Origin: Macrostomum lignano
Lineage: Eukaryota
Assembly (NCBI GenBank): GCA_002269645.1
Contig: NIVC01001128.1
Span: 62,001 to 126,000, forward strand
Length of the DNA stretch: 64,000 nucleotides
Direction: 5' to 3'
Shown here: one piece after another, positions 24,061 to 36,998 of the stretch
Numbering within the stretch: the stretch's first letter is position 1
Layout of the letters: every line of letters begins with the position of its first letter
The notes under the pieces: model-generated
Database searches by the model: none
Told to the model about the DNA's origin: nothing
Seen by the model: the letters and a program-made list of their open reading frames with translations, nothing else
Made by a program: the position numbers and the translations under genes

Positions 24061-24582
24061 CTGAGGATTAGATTCGATAGCCTGGGTGATCAGATCAGCA
24101 TAGCTCTGACTGCCCCAAGCATTTCGACGCTTCTGCTGCTGCTGCTGCTGCTGCAGTTGCGGACTGATGCTGCCCGGGCACAGTCCAGCTGGAGCGGACA
24201 GCTGACTAGCCGGACTGGTCAGTCCCGGACTAGGCGTCGAACCCGGGCCGCTGGGCACAGACAGGAGGCACTCCTGACAGGACACAGGAGCCGCTGACGA
24301 GGCATTCGCAGCTACTGGCTGCATATCAACATCCTCATCGAAGGTCTGCATTGGCGACTGACAATTGACATATAAGTCAGCACGTTTCGGACGCTTGAAT
24401 GATGGATCCCAGGTGGACGCGCGACTGCGGAACTGCTGCTGCTGTTGCTGGGGCAGCGGGTCCGGCTCGAACAGCTGCTCAACATCAAAATCCATTGGCA
24501 CTGGTCCAGCCCTGTTGGAGCCCATTGGACTGACAGCACCGGTGGTGTCAACAAAATCTTCAGGCAGATTGCACGATTGCAT
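24061..24582 (-). CDS. FOXO: FoxO exon 1 (N-terminal Akt site and start of forkhead domain)
   Basis: RSRASTW (RxRxxT) and KRRNAWGSQSYADLITQAIESNPQ|GTtagt; in-frame stop just upstream of the ATG. Confidence 0.9.
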
Positions 24583-26150
24583 TGGCAGTTATATTTCACT
24601 CTTATTGATGCTTATTTGTTTTTTTTAAAGTGAAACAACTTTAGTTGACTTAGAGCACTCTATGTGCTGGTTGACAGTGATTTAAATCTTTGGTTAAAGG
24701 GACAAAAATCTTTGAATTATTATGTTTAAAGCACTGGGATTAAATTATTTTTTTTGTTTGAATCACTGGGTAAACCAAGCCATTGTGGCTGAAATAAGAG
24801 GTTAAAAAGTTATAATTCTCCTGCTTCAATAAACTAGAGTCACTAGACTAAAATAAAAGTCTGTAATATTGCAAAAACTATACCTTGCATAAAGCAATTT
24901 CTTTTATGACTACAAATAAAATAGAGATCATAAACAAATATCAATCTTAAAAAACTTTTTTCAACTCTTTAAACGGTACAATATGAGTATAATATCTAAC
25001 ATGAAGCAATATTATAAGAATAACAAAACAGAATATACTGCTTCTAGTTTCTCAAGTTGTAAGTTTCTGAGTTTGAGTGCCTGTATTGAGCACCCATCTG
25101 CATACATTGAGTTAATTGCTATTGGTCTGAGACCCTACTAAAGCCAACCCCAAGCCTACGAGAGGCTGACACAGCCTTCCTATCTGTCAACCAAGCCTGG
25201 CAGGCACTGCTGACAAGACGCCCTGTACATTGAGCTGCAAATTTGCACATTGTGCGGAGTTTGTTGACTTTGTTATTTTGTTCTGATGGGAAACTCACCT
25301 CATCAAAGGCCAAGACCTGAAGGAACTGGTGGCAGCACTACCTACACTACTGCAAGTTAAGAAGGCTTCCAAGTGAGAAGACACATAGCCTAAACCACTG
25401 TGCTAGACAGCAGGAGAAGCACAGGTATAACACTGGTGGCAGCAATGGGATTCAAAGACCTACCAGGCCATTCTGAGACAACTGTAAGTATTTCATTAGC
25501 ATTGATTGCATAAAATATGGCTAAGCCTATATTGCTAAGCTACATATATACTAGTACCTATAAATTTTACAATCTAACATTAATGCTAAGTAGCTTTTTA
25601 GTTGTATTAGGCAATAATGTGATACAATAACGCACGCGAAGGCGTATTCAGCATGCCAGTGAAGTATGAGACAGACTAGGCCCATGGGCTAAGGTCTGCG
25701 ATGCTTCACGCCTGCCCCTATCTTCAGCAGGTCAAGGCTGGTGGGAGGTCTGCACCCTCTATTTGCCTCTGGCAGCCGCAGACCCCCCCCCCACGCTGTC
25801 TCGCAAGTCGACCCAGGGTACTCGTCCCCGCGTGTGTTCAAGGCAGTCCCTAGGGCTGCTGGACAGACTGGGCTCCGGCGCTGGCGACCCTATCCAGTGG
25901 CTTCGGCCGAATTTGGGTATGCGGGTCTGGCTCGCCAACCTGCAGGCCGTGGTACTGCTCAACGTACTCTCTAATGCCTAAGGTGTTGACCGTGCCGATG
26001 GGCTGGAAGGCCGGGGAGTAGTCCGGTCGCAAGCGGTCCCCCTCCTGGTGTCGGGCCAGCCTTGAGGGTGCTATTGGCCTACTGCCCGGTCAGGTGGAGC
26101 GGCCGGGTGGGTACCGCGCCCCTTTGAGGGTAGCCCACCAACCTTTTATC

Positions 26151-27655
26151 ATGGCCTTCGAGCCGTCTATGGATAATCAAGCTAACTCTAGGGACGGGGA
26201 CCCTTCTAAACCCCAACCTCAGTCCGAAGGACCGGCCGGCCCTGCTGGCAGATCCCAACCGACTGATTCAACTGTGGCAAAGGAAGGACCGGCTGGCTCT
26301 GCTGGCAGATCCGACCAGAGCTACCAAACTCAAAATACCCAAAGACCTGCCAGCTCCGCTGGTGGATCTAAGGGAACCGCGAGCTCTGAGCCTAAAGGAC
26401 CGGCCAAATCTGGCAGATCCGATGAAGCTCAGCGGGCTCGGCTTGAGCGCAAACGCGCTAAACAACGCGCCAAAAGGCAGGCCAAGAAGGGAGCTGCGGG
26501 GGCCAAAGCGGCGGCGTCCACCATGGATGCTGAAGCGACTGGAGTCCCAAGGCAACCAGGCGGGCCGGCCGGTGGAAGCTCCAGTAGTTCAGCGGCGGCG
26601 CTCCCTGGAGCTGCTGCCGCGGCTGCTGAGGCCGAAACCACGGCGCAACAAATGGCCACTGCCAACAAGGAGGTTCCTTCGGGAGCTACCTTTGCGGCGA
26701 AGGCCAAGGCCAAAATCACGGGAGTGATCATCCAAGGTCGCGACCAGGACTGGACCACTGATCAGCTTCAAAAAGTGTGGAGTGCTGTTGACTCCTATCT
26801 GATTGAGCTGACTGTCGAGGAGGGAATCTCCATCGGCATTGAGCGGATGGTGCTGCGAAGCACATTCGTTCTTATTGCTCCTAGCAGCGAGGAGGACGCT
26901 CGGCGGCTGCTCCAGCGGCTACCGACGGTCTCCTTGGATGCTGACCTTGGCGGAGCTCTTTTTCTTCGCGAGGGCCAGCGTCCAAAGACGATACCCTATG
27001 TGGTTTTCGTCCCTGCTAAGAGCACCGCAGCTGGACCAGACGTTATTCGCCGGGTCCTACTGCGTCTGAACCCCGACCTCCCTGCTAGTGGACTGGTGTA
27101 TCACCGTAAAGTCCGCAGGGGGAGACGGGCAACTCAATTGTCCTCGGCCTTTCCAGCACTTGGGCGAGTCGGTACCCTAATGGATCCTCTTTCCAGCTGG
27201 GTGCCCTCAAGCTCAAGATGCGCCGAGGAAAGTCTGCCAAAGGGAAGGCTACTGCCAACCCCGGCATCTCCGGCAAGAGCGGGGCGCAGTCTAAGGCCCA
27301 AGGAAAGGCGCAAGCTGATCCCAAAGCCAAAGCTGCATCTCGCCCCTCTGCTAGCAGCAGTTCGGCGACCGCGGTAACGGCTCCGGCCAAGCCCCGGGAA
27401 CCAAACCTGCCAGTCGGAGAAGGAGTTGAGGACGAGGCCGGGTCTTCGGAATCCGAGCTCTCCTCGGCCACCTTGGTGGGGTCTGAAGGTAAAGATGCAG
27501 GTGAGGAAGCTTCCTCCATCCTGTCATCGGAGCCTGAGTACTCTGCTGGGGGGGCCGGTGGGGGTGAGAAGGCCATGGACGTCGACCAACTCCCATCTCC
27601 CAGTCAAGCCCCAGCGGCCTGGGACGAGGACGATCTGTTGTCCAAGTCTCCTTGA
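26151..27655 (+). CDS. LINE ORF1 (gag-like) with one frameshift in the G-run at ~27118-27122
   Basis: ORF 26094-27377 continues as (E)TGNSIVLGLSSTWASRYPNG...KLKMRRGK in the frame of ORF 27218-27655. Confidence 0.7.
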
Positions 27656-27694
27656 TGGCCCTGGGCTCTAGCCAGAAATTGCATTTAATACAGT

Positions 27695-30600
27695 ATGACT
27701 AAGCTCCACGCTGCCAAAGGAGCGACATTCTGTCTGCAAATTAATTTACAGCATTGCGTATCTGCGTCAGTAAATCTGATGAAGATTGCTGAGCTGTACA
27801 GGCCAGGCCTCATCCTGATCCAGGAACCCTGGATGCGCAACGGTAAGTTGCCCAACATTCCCTCTGGCTACTCTGATTTTTATGTGTGTGGCCCGGGGAA
27901 CAGCCGCCCTAGAGCGGCTATCCTCGCTGCTAGCCATCTCCAGGCTTGGCTGAGGACTGATCTCTCTGATGGAGACCTTTGTGTCATCCAATCTAATCAT
28001 TTCTCTCCGCGTACGTGTCTTGTTGCCTCGGTTTATATCCCAGGCGACAGAGACCCTGCTCCTGAGAGTTTACTGCGCCTCGCGCAGTACTGCGAGTCCC
28101 AGAACGCTGAGCTGTGCTTAGGGGGCGACCTCAACGCGCACCACAAGCACTGGGGCAGCAAAGATACCAACACTAGAGGAGAGGAGCTTCTGGCCCTCAT
28201 CTCTAACACAAACCTCATGCTCTGCAACCGCGGCAGCACTCCTACCTTTAATAATGGCAGATGGACCGAGGTCCTCGACGCCACACTCGTTACCCCAAGA
28301 CTCTTTGACAGAGTTGAGGAGTGGAGAGTCTGGTCTGAGGAGCCCTCCCTGTCTGACCACTGCTTTATCGCCTTTAACATCGCGGACACTAAAACCCAGT
28401 CTCCGATCACTTGGAGACGCAATATCCGCAACACTGATTGGGCGGCCTACAAGGCTGCCCTTGATCTGCACCTGCAGGAACTCACGGACTTACGTCCGAT
28501 TGAGACCTGCGAGGATGTGGATCATATGGCTGAGATGCTGACAGGTTGCATTATTGAAGCCTACGAAGCGGCTTGTCCTGCTCGCGCCTACAAAGGCAAG
28601 ACCTCGGCGCCGTGGTGGAACCCGGAGCTGGGGAAACTCAGGCGGAAGGCCAAAAGCCTTCATCGCCGTGCCATGAAGACCGGAAACCCGGAGGACATGG
28701 AGCTTTTCCGGCAAGCCTCCCGCAATTTCAAATCTGAAGTGCGCAAGGCCAAGGAATGTAAGTGGCGCCAATTCTGCAATGAATTGGATCAAGACAGACC
28801 TACTTCTAGGCTTGTCAAGGCCCTTACAATGGACAAAATGTCCAAATTAGCCATGATCAAAAAAGATGATGGCTCTCTTACTAAAGACCCTGAAGAAGTG
28901 CTTCAGCATATGCTTAGCACATTCTTCCCGAGGGTACCTACTGCTAGACCGGAGCCCAACCATTCGATGGATGGAGCCACCCTAGCGGCGGGCATTGTCA
29001 CTGAAGACCTAATCGCTCGTGCGGTCAGAACCTTCAAACCCTTCAAATCTCCTGGACCTGATGGTATCTACCCTGTTCTCCTTCGTGAAGCAGCCAAGAT
29101 ACCCTCGTTCCTGAGACTCACCCGCAATCTCATGCGGGCCTCTATCCAGCTGGGATACGTTCCCAAATGCTGGACTGAAGCTCGGGTAGTCTTTATTCCC
29201 AAACCTGGGAAGGGTGACTACCAAAGCGTCAAGGCCTTCCGGCCTATTAGCTTAACGTCAGCAATGCTTAAGCTCACTGAGAGGCTTATTCTCTGGCGGC
29301 TGCTGTCCTGCGAGCTGACAGCGATGCCCCTCAGCAATAATCAGCACGCCTTCCGCACTGGGAGGTCGACTGACAGCACCCTGCATGCGATTGTCGAGAA
29401 GATTGAAAGGGCGGTACTGGGTGACGGTTACGCTCTGGCTCTCTTTCTTGACATTGTTGGCGCCTTCGACAACGTTATCTTTGAAGCGTTTCAGAGGGCC
29501 CTTCAAAATCGCAAAGCTCATGCTACCCTCATACGGTGGATCATGTACATGATCTCCAACCATACGGTCACTGCCCAACTTCTTGGGCAAACTGCCTCCA
29601 CCAGAGTCTGTAAGGGTGGACCCCAAGGCGGAGTCCTCACCCCGACGCTCTGGAACCTGGTCATGGACGCTCTTTTGAGTGACTCCCGACCCGACCCCGT
29701 CTTCAAAGTCGGGTATGCTGATGACGTCACGGCCATTGTGGCAGGACCGTCTCCCAGCACGCTCAGGGATCTGATGCAGAGCTTTATCCGCAAAGCAGAA
29801 TCCTGGGCCAATGACAATGGTCTGGAACTCTCTGAGCCCAAAACCGTTGCCATTATGTTTACCAGCAGACTACGCTGGAACATATGTCCTCTGCAGCTCT
29901 ACGGCAGAGATATTGCCTTCGCGCACCAGACCAGATGTCTTGGGGTCACACTTGACCACCGGCTCAACTGGTCCTTCCACGTGAAAGCAAAAGCCAAGCG
30001 TGCCTCAGCCATCCTGGCCCAGCTCCGACGAGCACTTGGCACTTCTTGGGGTCTATCCCCAAAGCGGCTTTGGTGGATCTATACTTCCGTAGTTAGACCT
30101 GCCATTACGTACGCCTCTGTTGTCTGGGTTAGCGCTACCCAGGTCAAAAGCCATGCAGACCTGCTCAACACGATCCAAGGCAGAGCGTGTAGGCTCATCT
30201 GCAACGCCACCAGGTCCACGCCCTTTGCTGGCATGGGGGCCTTCCTTAATCTTCCACCTCTTGACCTCTTCATCAGGGGTGAGGCGGCTAGAACGACGCG
30301 GCGTCTAATTGATGCCGGCGTCAAATTCATTTACATGAGAGCACCTGCTAAGCGGAACCTTGTCCCGCATAGCGATCTGTGCCTCAACTTTCTCAACGAG
30401 TGTCAGGCCAATCGTGTCTTCACCGATGGCATTGCCTCAACGCTCAACCTGAGACAGCGCTACTCCGTAGCTATCGACTCGCGCGATAACATCAATGACC
30501 ATTGGAACCCTGGTGAGCTTCATTGCTACACCGACGGTTCTAAGCAGTCAGCCAACACTGGCTTTGGTGTTGGAATCTTTCTGAACGGGAGGGTCATCGC

Positions 30601-31436
30601 TACCCACGCTCAATACACTGGGGTCAACTCCAGTGTTTTCCAAAATGAAGTTCTGGCCATCAGCTCCTGCACTGCAGAGCTTCTCGCCACTGGCGTTACT
30701 GGTAAGAACATCATTTTCCATTCGGACAGCCAAGCTGCCTTGCACGCCATCAGTGGCTGCAGCACCAACTCTGCTGCAGCAACTTTGACTGTATCAAACT
30801 CCTCAATGTGTTGGGTTCCGCCAACAAAATTACCCTTAAGTGGGTTCCGGGGCATGTGGGGATCCGAGGAAATGAGTTGGCTGACACCCTTGCAAAAGTT
30901 GGTGCCTCGGCTCCTCTCTCGGCCCCGAACCTCTTGTCCCGATTCCTGGCTGTGTCATCGACTCACGCATCAAAGCGTGGATCAGGACTCAGCACCGCTT
31001 GACTTGGGCGAACCGCACGAACTGCAGGCAATCCAGAGGCGCTGTCCCTCAGCCCTCTCACCAGCTCCGGAAGCTCCTCTTGCGCCTTTCGCGCAGAGAC
31101 ATCCGGGCTGCTACCATGACCCTCTCTGGTCACGGCTGCTTCTCCAGGCACCAGTACCTGCAGGGCAACGCCACCAACGCCACCTGTAGTTTCTGCAACT
31201 CAGGTGACGAAACCGCTGAGCATTTTGTCAGCATCTGTCCCACCTTCACGCCGGCCAGACTCACTTACCTTGGGCCACACACATCTATTACTGAAGCGTG
31301 CAAACCCGAAAACTTTAATCAGCTCATGCGCTACCTTCGGGCCACCTGCAGGGCTGAACTCTCCTTTCCAGAGAGCACCATAGCTGCTGGCGACACTGGG
31401 GGACCTCCCTGGGCGGCGCCAACCTTCCGTCCATAG
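27695..31436 (+). CDS. LINE ORF2: apurinic endonuclease, RT, RNase H and C-terminal CCHC; two 1-bp frameshifts (~30788, ~30920)
   Basis: QINLQH, LIQEPW, GDLNAHH, SDH; KSPGPDGI, FRPISL, FLDIVGAFD, GGPQGGVL, YADD, LGVTLD; YTDGS, SDSQAAL, WVPGHVGIRGNELADTLAK; CSFC..ETAEHF..C. Confidence 0.92.
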
Positions 31437-32236
31437 CGACGCATCGGCCGTTCAGGGACTAGCGGAATGGGCACCCGCGCCTTCCCGCTGTGTCCCCTCC
31501 AGGACAGCCCTGCAGCTAAGTCAAGTAAGTCAAGATACAATAACATTTTTATAATAAAATTTTGTGAGATAAGTGAACTTTTTACTAACTTTAATAAAGA
31601 AGTTAGATATTAAGGCCTATAGTTAATTATAATTATACAATATAAAGACAATACAATAGATTTTGTCTATAAAAATCTTGTGGCTTTGGCTTTATATGGC
31701 TATCAAAACAAGAGTTTAGACAAGATCTCAATCTCAATTTTAATCTTGATTATCAAAATCTTGGCACTTTTCTCAATCTTGATCTTGGCTTTAAGATCTT
31801 GAAAAAAGTCAAGATTTTTTGTGACTATAGTTATTACAATATTATCATATATATATATGATATATATATACATAAAGTTACTACTAAAACTAACAAGCTC
31901 TTTATTATGAGGGATATCTAGAAAGTAGTGTTAGGCCTACTTTTCCTTATAATAGACATTTGGTAAGTTGCATTGACACAAGTTTAGTGTCATTTGAAAG
32001 TAGCAAGTCTCTTCTTTAAAAATGACTTAAACTGTGATCAATTTGGATTTATATTTTAAAATATGTGTCCTTAAGAAGAGATTAGTCATAGACTTATATA
32101 ACCTAGACAAAAGTCTTCTATATAGACAATCTAGCTTTATGTCCTCAATAAGCCATCAAGGAAGCCAACGGGCACTCAGCTTGACATGAATTATCTTTTA
32201 TAGACACTTGTAAACTGTAGACCTCAATATGATTAG

Positions 32237-32395
32237 GTGCAACCTAGGGATTCACCCGGCCATTTCTATTGGCAACACACCCATGTAAGTCACTATTCGA
32301 CAGAATAGTAGGCTAGTCATGTGACTGCTCTCAGCCAATAGTGACTTACATTTGTGTTGCCAATAGAAACAGCCAGGTGAATCCAAAGGTTGCAC
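32237..32395. mobile_element. Short MITE / fold-back with ~60-bp imperfect inverted arms
   Basis: gtgcaacct..gattcacc.ggc..ttctattggcaacaca..atgtaagtcactatt and its inverted copy. Confidence 0.7.
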
Positions 32396-32510
32396 GTGTA
32401 TGGACCCCAAGAAATTTAGTATATTGGCTATTTTGCAGATGTTTTAATGGTAGCCTTTATTGATCAAGTCAAGAATTTGAACTATTAGGCTGTTGCTATC
32501 ATGGATCTCA

Positions 32511-33318
32511 CCATAGTGCGCCACCATAGTGTGGAAGGACAGGGTATACGCCAGAAATCTCCGTCATACACAGGGATCGCCTGTCGTACATGTCGTACAT
32601 CACTAATTTTTGGGGGGCGCTATGTCGTACACTGTCGTACATGTAAACATGTTACATGTCTGTCTGTCGTACACTTGTCAATGTCATACGACTCATACAT
32701 GAAGTATAGACATAGTTAGTATTCCTTTGATAGACAATCGGACACTAGTACCAGATACTCGTAGTCTCGTAACTAACTCATAATGTCGTTGTTAACGTGA
32801 TGCGTTGAAGCAAAGAAGTAAAAATTCAATAGTTGCACTTTTCCACTCAAAGGGTAATTTAAATTATCAGTATTATATTCGTACAAACTCTTAAATTCAA
32901 TTTTATTGGTGCAAAACTATACTTGACATTGCAAGCAGAAAAGTACAATATATCTGTTGTTTTACTTAATATCAAGAATATCAAGAATTTCCCGCACCTA
33001 CCCACATATTCAAAAAGTTGACTTTTTATTTATTGCCAATTTCATGTAAGTGCCACTATTTTTGTCGTACAGCACTTCCTTAAACTCTAACTCTGTCATA
33101 CAACACTAGTACCATTTTCCAATCCCTGTCGTACTGTCGTACAACAGGCTGAAATGAAAATTTACCTTCCGTCGTATACAGAAATCCTTCCGCACTACCA
33201 TGTACGACAGTGTAAGACATAGCGCCCCCCAAAAACTAGCGATGTACGACATGTACGACAGGCGATCCCTGTGTACGACGGAGATTTCTAGCATATACCC
33301 ATCCTTCCGCACTATGGG
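32511..33318. mobile_element. MITE with ~115-bp terminal inverted repeats
   Basis: ccatagtgyggaagga...gaaatctccgtc...cagggatcgcctgtcgtacatgtcgtacatc...ttttggggggcgctatgtc is inverted at ~33199-33318. Confidence 0.75.
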
Positions 33319-33876
33319 GATCTCATGGTATCTTGCCATCTTACTCTTGGCATATTGCTCATAGTAGTTCTTTTACTTCTACCCCTTAACTTATTTACTT
33401 ATTTGTTTATATTCATTGTGCTAATGGAATGGTTGTCAGATTGTCATGAGCAGTGTAGAGTTGCCTGTGAATATCAACTGCTTTGCATATAGAGCTCTTA
33501 AGTATAAAGATGGTATGTCTTTCCTAGTCTTTGAATGCATTGAAATCTTCAATTTCAATTTCAATTTTGGAAAGTAGCAAATTTCAATTTCGATTTTGAT
33601 TTTGACAGAAAATTTGCTTTTGGAACATCTCTACATATCATGCCACATATTTGCGGCATACATGGCATATGTTGAATGTATGCCAACTGTTGCAAGGCAG
33701 ACCAAATGTATGCCAAATGTATGCCGAATATCTTTGGCTTTGCCAATGCATGCTGGAATTTTTGACAAAAAAGGCCACCTTCCTGACTATGGCAGACACC
33801 CTTCATATATAATAATTGTTTTTCCTTCTATTATCATCATCCTACACATTTAACAAATAATAATATTAGGCAATAA

Positions 33877-35142
33877 GGACTTCAAGTTTATGTTGATAAA
33901 ATACTTCCGATTTTCCAATTTTTCTGAAACTTGTGGTAGACACTTATGGGGCAACCAAAATTATAAAAACGCAACAAAAAGTGTAGAAAATTACCTGTAC
34001 GGTTGATAGGATGATAATTTACTCAATTCCTATTCTCTTAATGATGATCGGGGACAAAAAAGTTTCTAGGAATACATATTCAAAAGTGAATTCACTAGAC
34101 TTTTAAACCAGTAGCACATGTGCTAGAAGTTCATTAGGCCAATGAAAGATGAATGTTAATTTCTACAAATTTATACGCAATTGTCTGTGATGTTTCCCAA
34201 TAAAAGTTTTTCAATTTAGTTTTAATGCATGTACAGTTTGCCATGTCACTGTTCATTTTTTAAAAACTGCCACGTCACGACCCGCTCAATTTTTTGCACT
34301 TGCGCACTTTCACTTGCACCTAGCCAAAGCTAGGCCTACCTTCTAACATTCGCACTTCATACCTTTGCACCTGTCAACTCCCAGCTAGTAACCATACAAG
34401 ACTATAAGTTATCTATATACTAAGCTATTTATTGAACCCCGGTGTCTGTTTGTCCAATTTGTCAATTGAGGATCAACATAGAAGATGCATTTAATGAAGG
34501 TGAGTGTTTCATTCAAGTCTTTTTCATATATGCTATTTGTTGTAATACGGCGGAATTCATCAACACATTCTTGAGTAGGTTTCCATGTCTCTTTTAAAGT
34601 TTATGTTGATAAAATAAATCCCCATGAAGAATCTACCCACCCTAAAACCCCCCATTCTCCAAGCCCTGGTGGTTGGCTTTAAGCTAAGACCCCCCCCCCC
34701 TATTAGGATGGAATAAATCAACACAGTCTTGAATAGGTCTCCATGCCTCTATTCAAGTTTATATTGATAAAATCAATCCCCATGTCCATGAAGAATCTCC
34801 CCACCCTATAACCCCCCATTCCCCATGCCCCGGTGGTTGGTTTTAAGCTACGACCCCCCCCCCTATTAGGATGGGAATAAATCAACATAATCTTGAATAG
34901 GTCTCTATGCCTCTATTCAAGTTTATGTTGATAAAATCAATCCCCATGAAGAATCTTCCCACCCTAAAACCCCCTATTCCCCATGCCCCGGAGGTTGGTT
35001 TTAAGCTACATATAATTGGGTTAAAGCTACCAAAAAATGAATCTCAAATTTGAAATCAGCACCATCAAAAACCCTTACAGAGACAAAATTATGATCCTAT
35101 CAAAATTGCAACTATTTTATCAACATAAACTTGAAGAAGTCC
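33877..35142. mobile_element. Candidate non-autonomous Merlin-like element with three internal ~160-bp tandem units (34561-35010)
   Basis: TIR ggacttc(ttc)aagtttatgttgataaaata with GG...CC termini; flanks ggcaataa / ggcagtag (6 of 8 match). Confidence 0.5.
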
Positions 35143-36409
35143 GGCAGTAGCACTGACACTGATAGATACAATAGTGTAAATAGGCCTAATTAGGCCTAGG
35201 CCTATTTAATTAATAGATGCTAATTAGGCCTAATCTCGAATCTCTAGGCCTATTATCTCGAATGTCGAAAGCATAGGCCTAGTAGATCTCTAGACTCTAA
35301 GTCTCGAAAATATCGAAAATGTGATATCGTCCGACCCCTAATTAAAACCAGACCGGAAAGAGAGAGCTCAAGATGGTTGAAATTGAAATGAATAAACAAA
35401 AACATTAAAGGCTGATCTGGGCGTAAAACGTAGTCGTAGGCCTAACTAAACAAAACAATCATGGCTCGTATCATATGGCCATAGATTGTGTATGAAACTA
35501 GACTTAAGGATAAAAGTATACAATAGGCCTACCTCCACTCTGGAGTATTCTTTACAGCGAAAGAAACATTTACTTGAATTAAAGCAAATCGGCTATTTTA
35601 GCCGATACAAAATAACGTATAGCAAAAAAAACTTACGTTTTTATTTGAATTTTGTTGCCGATGGCTTTTTAAAAAACTCCAGTGTACTGTTTTAGTTACG
35701 TTACCTTTGTTCATTCTTTTAATAATGATATTATCATTTTGTTTGTATCATTTCAGGCACTTAGCTTGTAAAAAATATTTGCTGACAGCTAAAGAAAAGG
35801 CATCTCAAAATTTGTTTTAATGTCCTTTTTAAACTACACAACACTCCGGAAAAATATACTCCATAAGCACGACTGTATCAATTATCATCATGCATGCAAC
35901 GCAGTCTTCGCTATTGTACGAACATGCATGTAAACTAGCCGTTATTGTTTAATATTAGTTAGGTTCCGTCTCATAGCTTAATGCATATATACTCATTTAA
36001 TATGCTGTCATTTTTCCAGCCTAGATACATCTAGCTAGGAGCTTACATTTCTCCAGTATATTTACCAGTTTATAGATATCGATGGAGCAAACAATTATCG
36101 AAACTAAAGGGTGATTTTCTAGAATCACTATCAATAGAAAATAGCCCATCTCGAGGCACATGTTTAGGAGTCATATTTCTTGGTATGTAAATGTATACAT
36201 GTTATATGAGTTCTCAATTTTCTCTGCACACGATGGTGTCCACGGCGGAAAGCATATACATGTATGATTCCACCGATCGAGACCATGCATGTTGATATCA
36301 TTGAAACGCCGGTGCGCATGGAGTTCGACACCGGAGCATCATCGGTGTCACTCATATCACCGAAAACCTTCAAATGTGCTGAAGGGGCGGTCGTACATGT
36401 AGCTCGAGC

Positions 36410-36951
36410 GGTTTCCATGCATTTCGGTGCCCGTGCTTTTCGGTGCCCGGCATTTCGGTGCCCCAGATGCCTTTCGGTGCCCCAGTTTTATATTACGCCA
36501 AAATGATAATAATAAAAAAGAAATCCTATACAGTAACAAATATAATAAATGACTTTACAAAACGTTCGATATTCCTAATAAAAGCATGGTATTCATTTTG
36601 TTAAACTGGCACGTTTCTTTAAATTGGAAAAATCCGTCAAATTTAATTGCATACATTTGCTGTATCCTGTATATACAATACAAGCTGGCTGCACTCAGCA
36701 AGCGGGCTAGTGCTATGAAGACTTAGTTAGGAAAGTTTAAATCCACTAACGAAGCTACATGTAGTTTTGATCGAAATTATGAAATGTGACAATAAGTACT
36801 GCAAAGACAAAGCACTTACTGCTAAATTAGGGCTCAATCTCTGTATTTTGTGTCCAATTCTAATGTATAATTTGGGCACCGAAAAGCAAGCTGCATGGGG
36901 CACCGAAATGACGGGCACCGAAAAGCACAGGCACCGAAAAGCGTGAATACC
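36410..36951. mobile_element. MITE with GG...CC termini, 8-bp TSD and subterminal TTCGGTGCCC repeats (Merlin-like)
   Basis: gctcgagc at 36402-36409 and 36952-36959; TIR ggtwtycaygcwtttcggtgcc. Confidence 0.75.
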
Positions 36952-36998
36952 GCTCGAGCGCCAACATCTGAGCTCCTGCTGTTGCCGCGCGTATTCGG

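Larger units (their letters stand above)
25632..31533 (+). mobile_element. Full-length non-LTR retrotransposon, LOA-like (R1 group): ORF1 + APE-RT-RNase H
   Basis: 11-bp TSD gatacaataac at 25621-25631 and 31534-31544; 3' end of short taagtcaa repeats; two ORFs with the expected domain order. Confidence 0.9.

Noticed and set aside
25119-25490. GC-richer island ending in a + strand GTAAGT (25484), possible exon
   Set aside because: No sustained ORF, recognisable motif or partner exon
25632-26150. HDV-like ribozyme in the LINE 5' UTR (known from some LOA-clade elements)
   Set aside because: Hairpins are present (~25659-25710) but a P1/P1.1/P2/P3 double pseudoknot could not be assembled by eye; needs an RNAMotif/Infernal search
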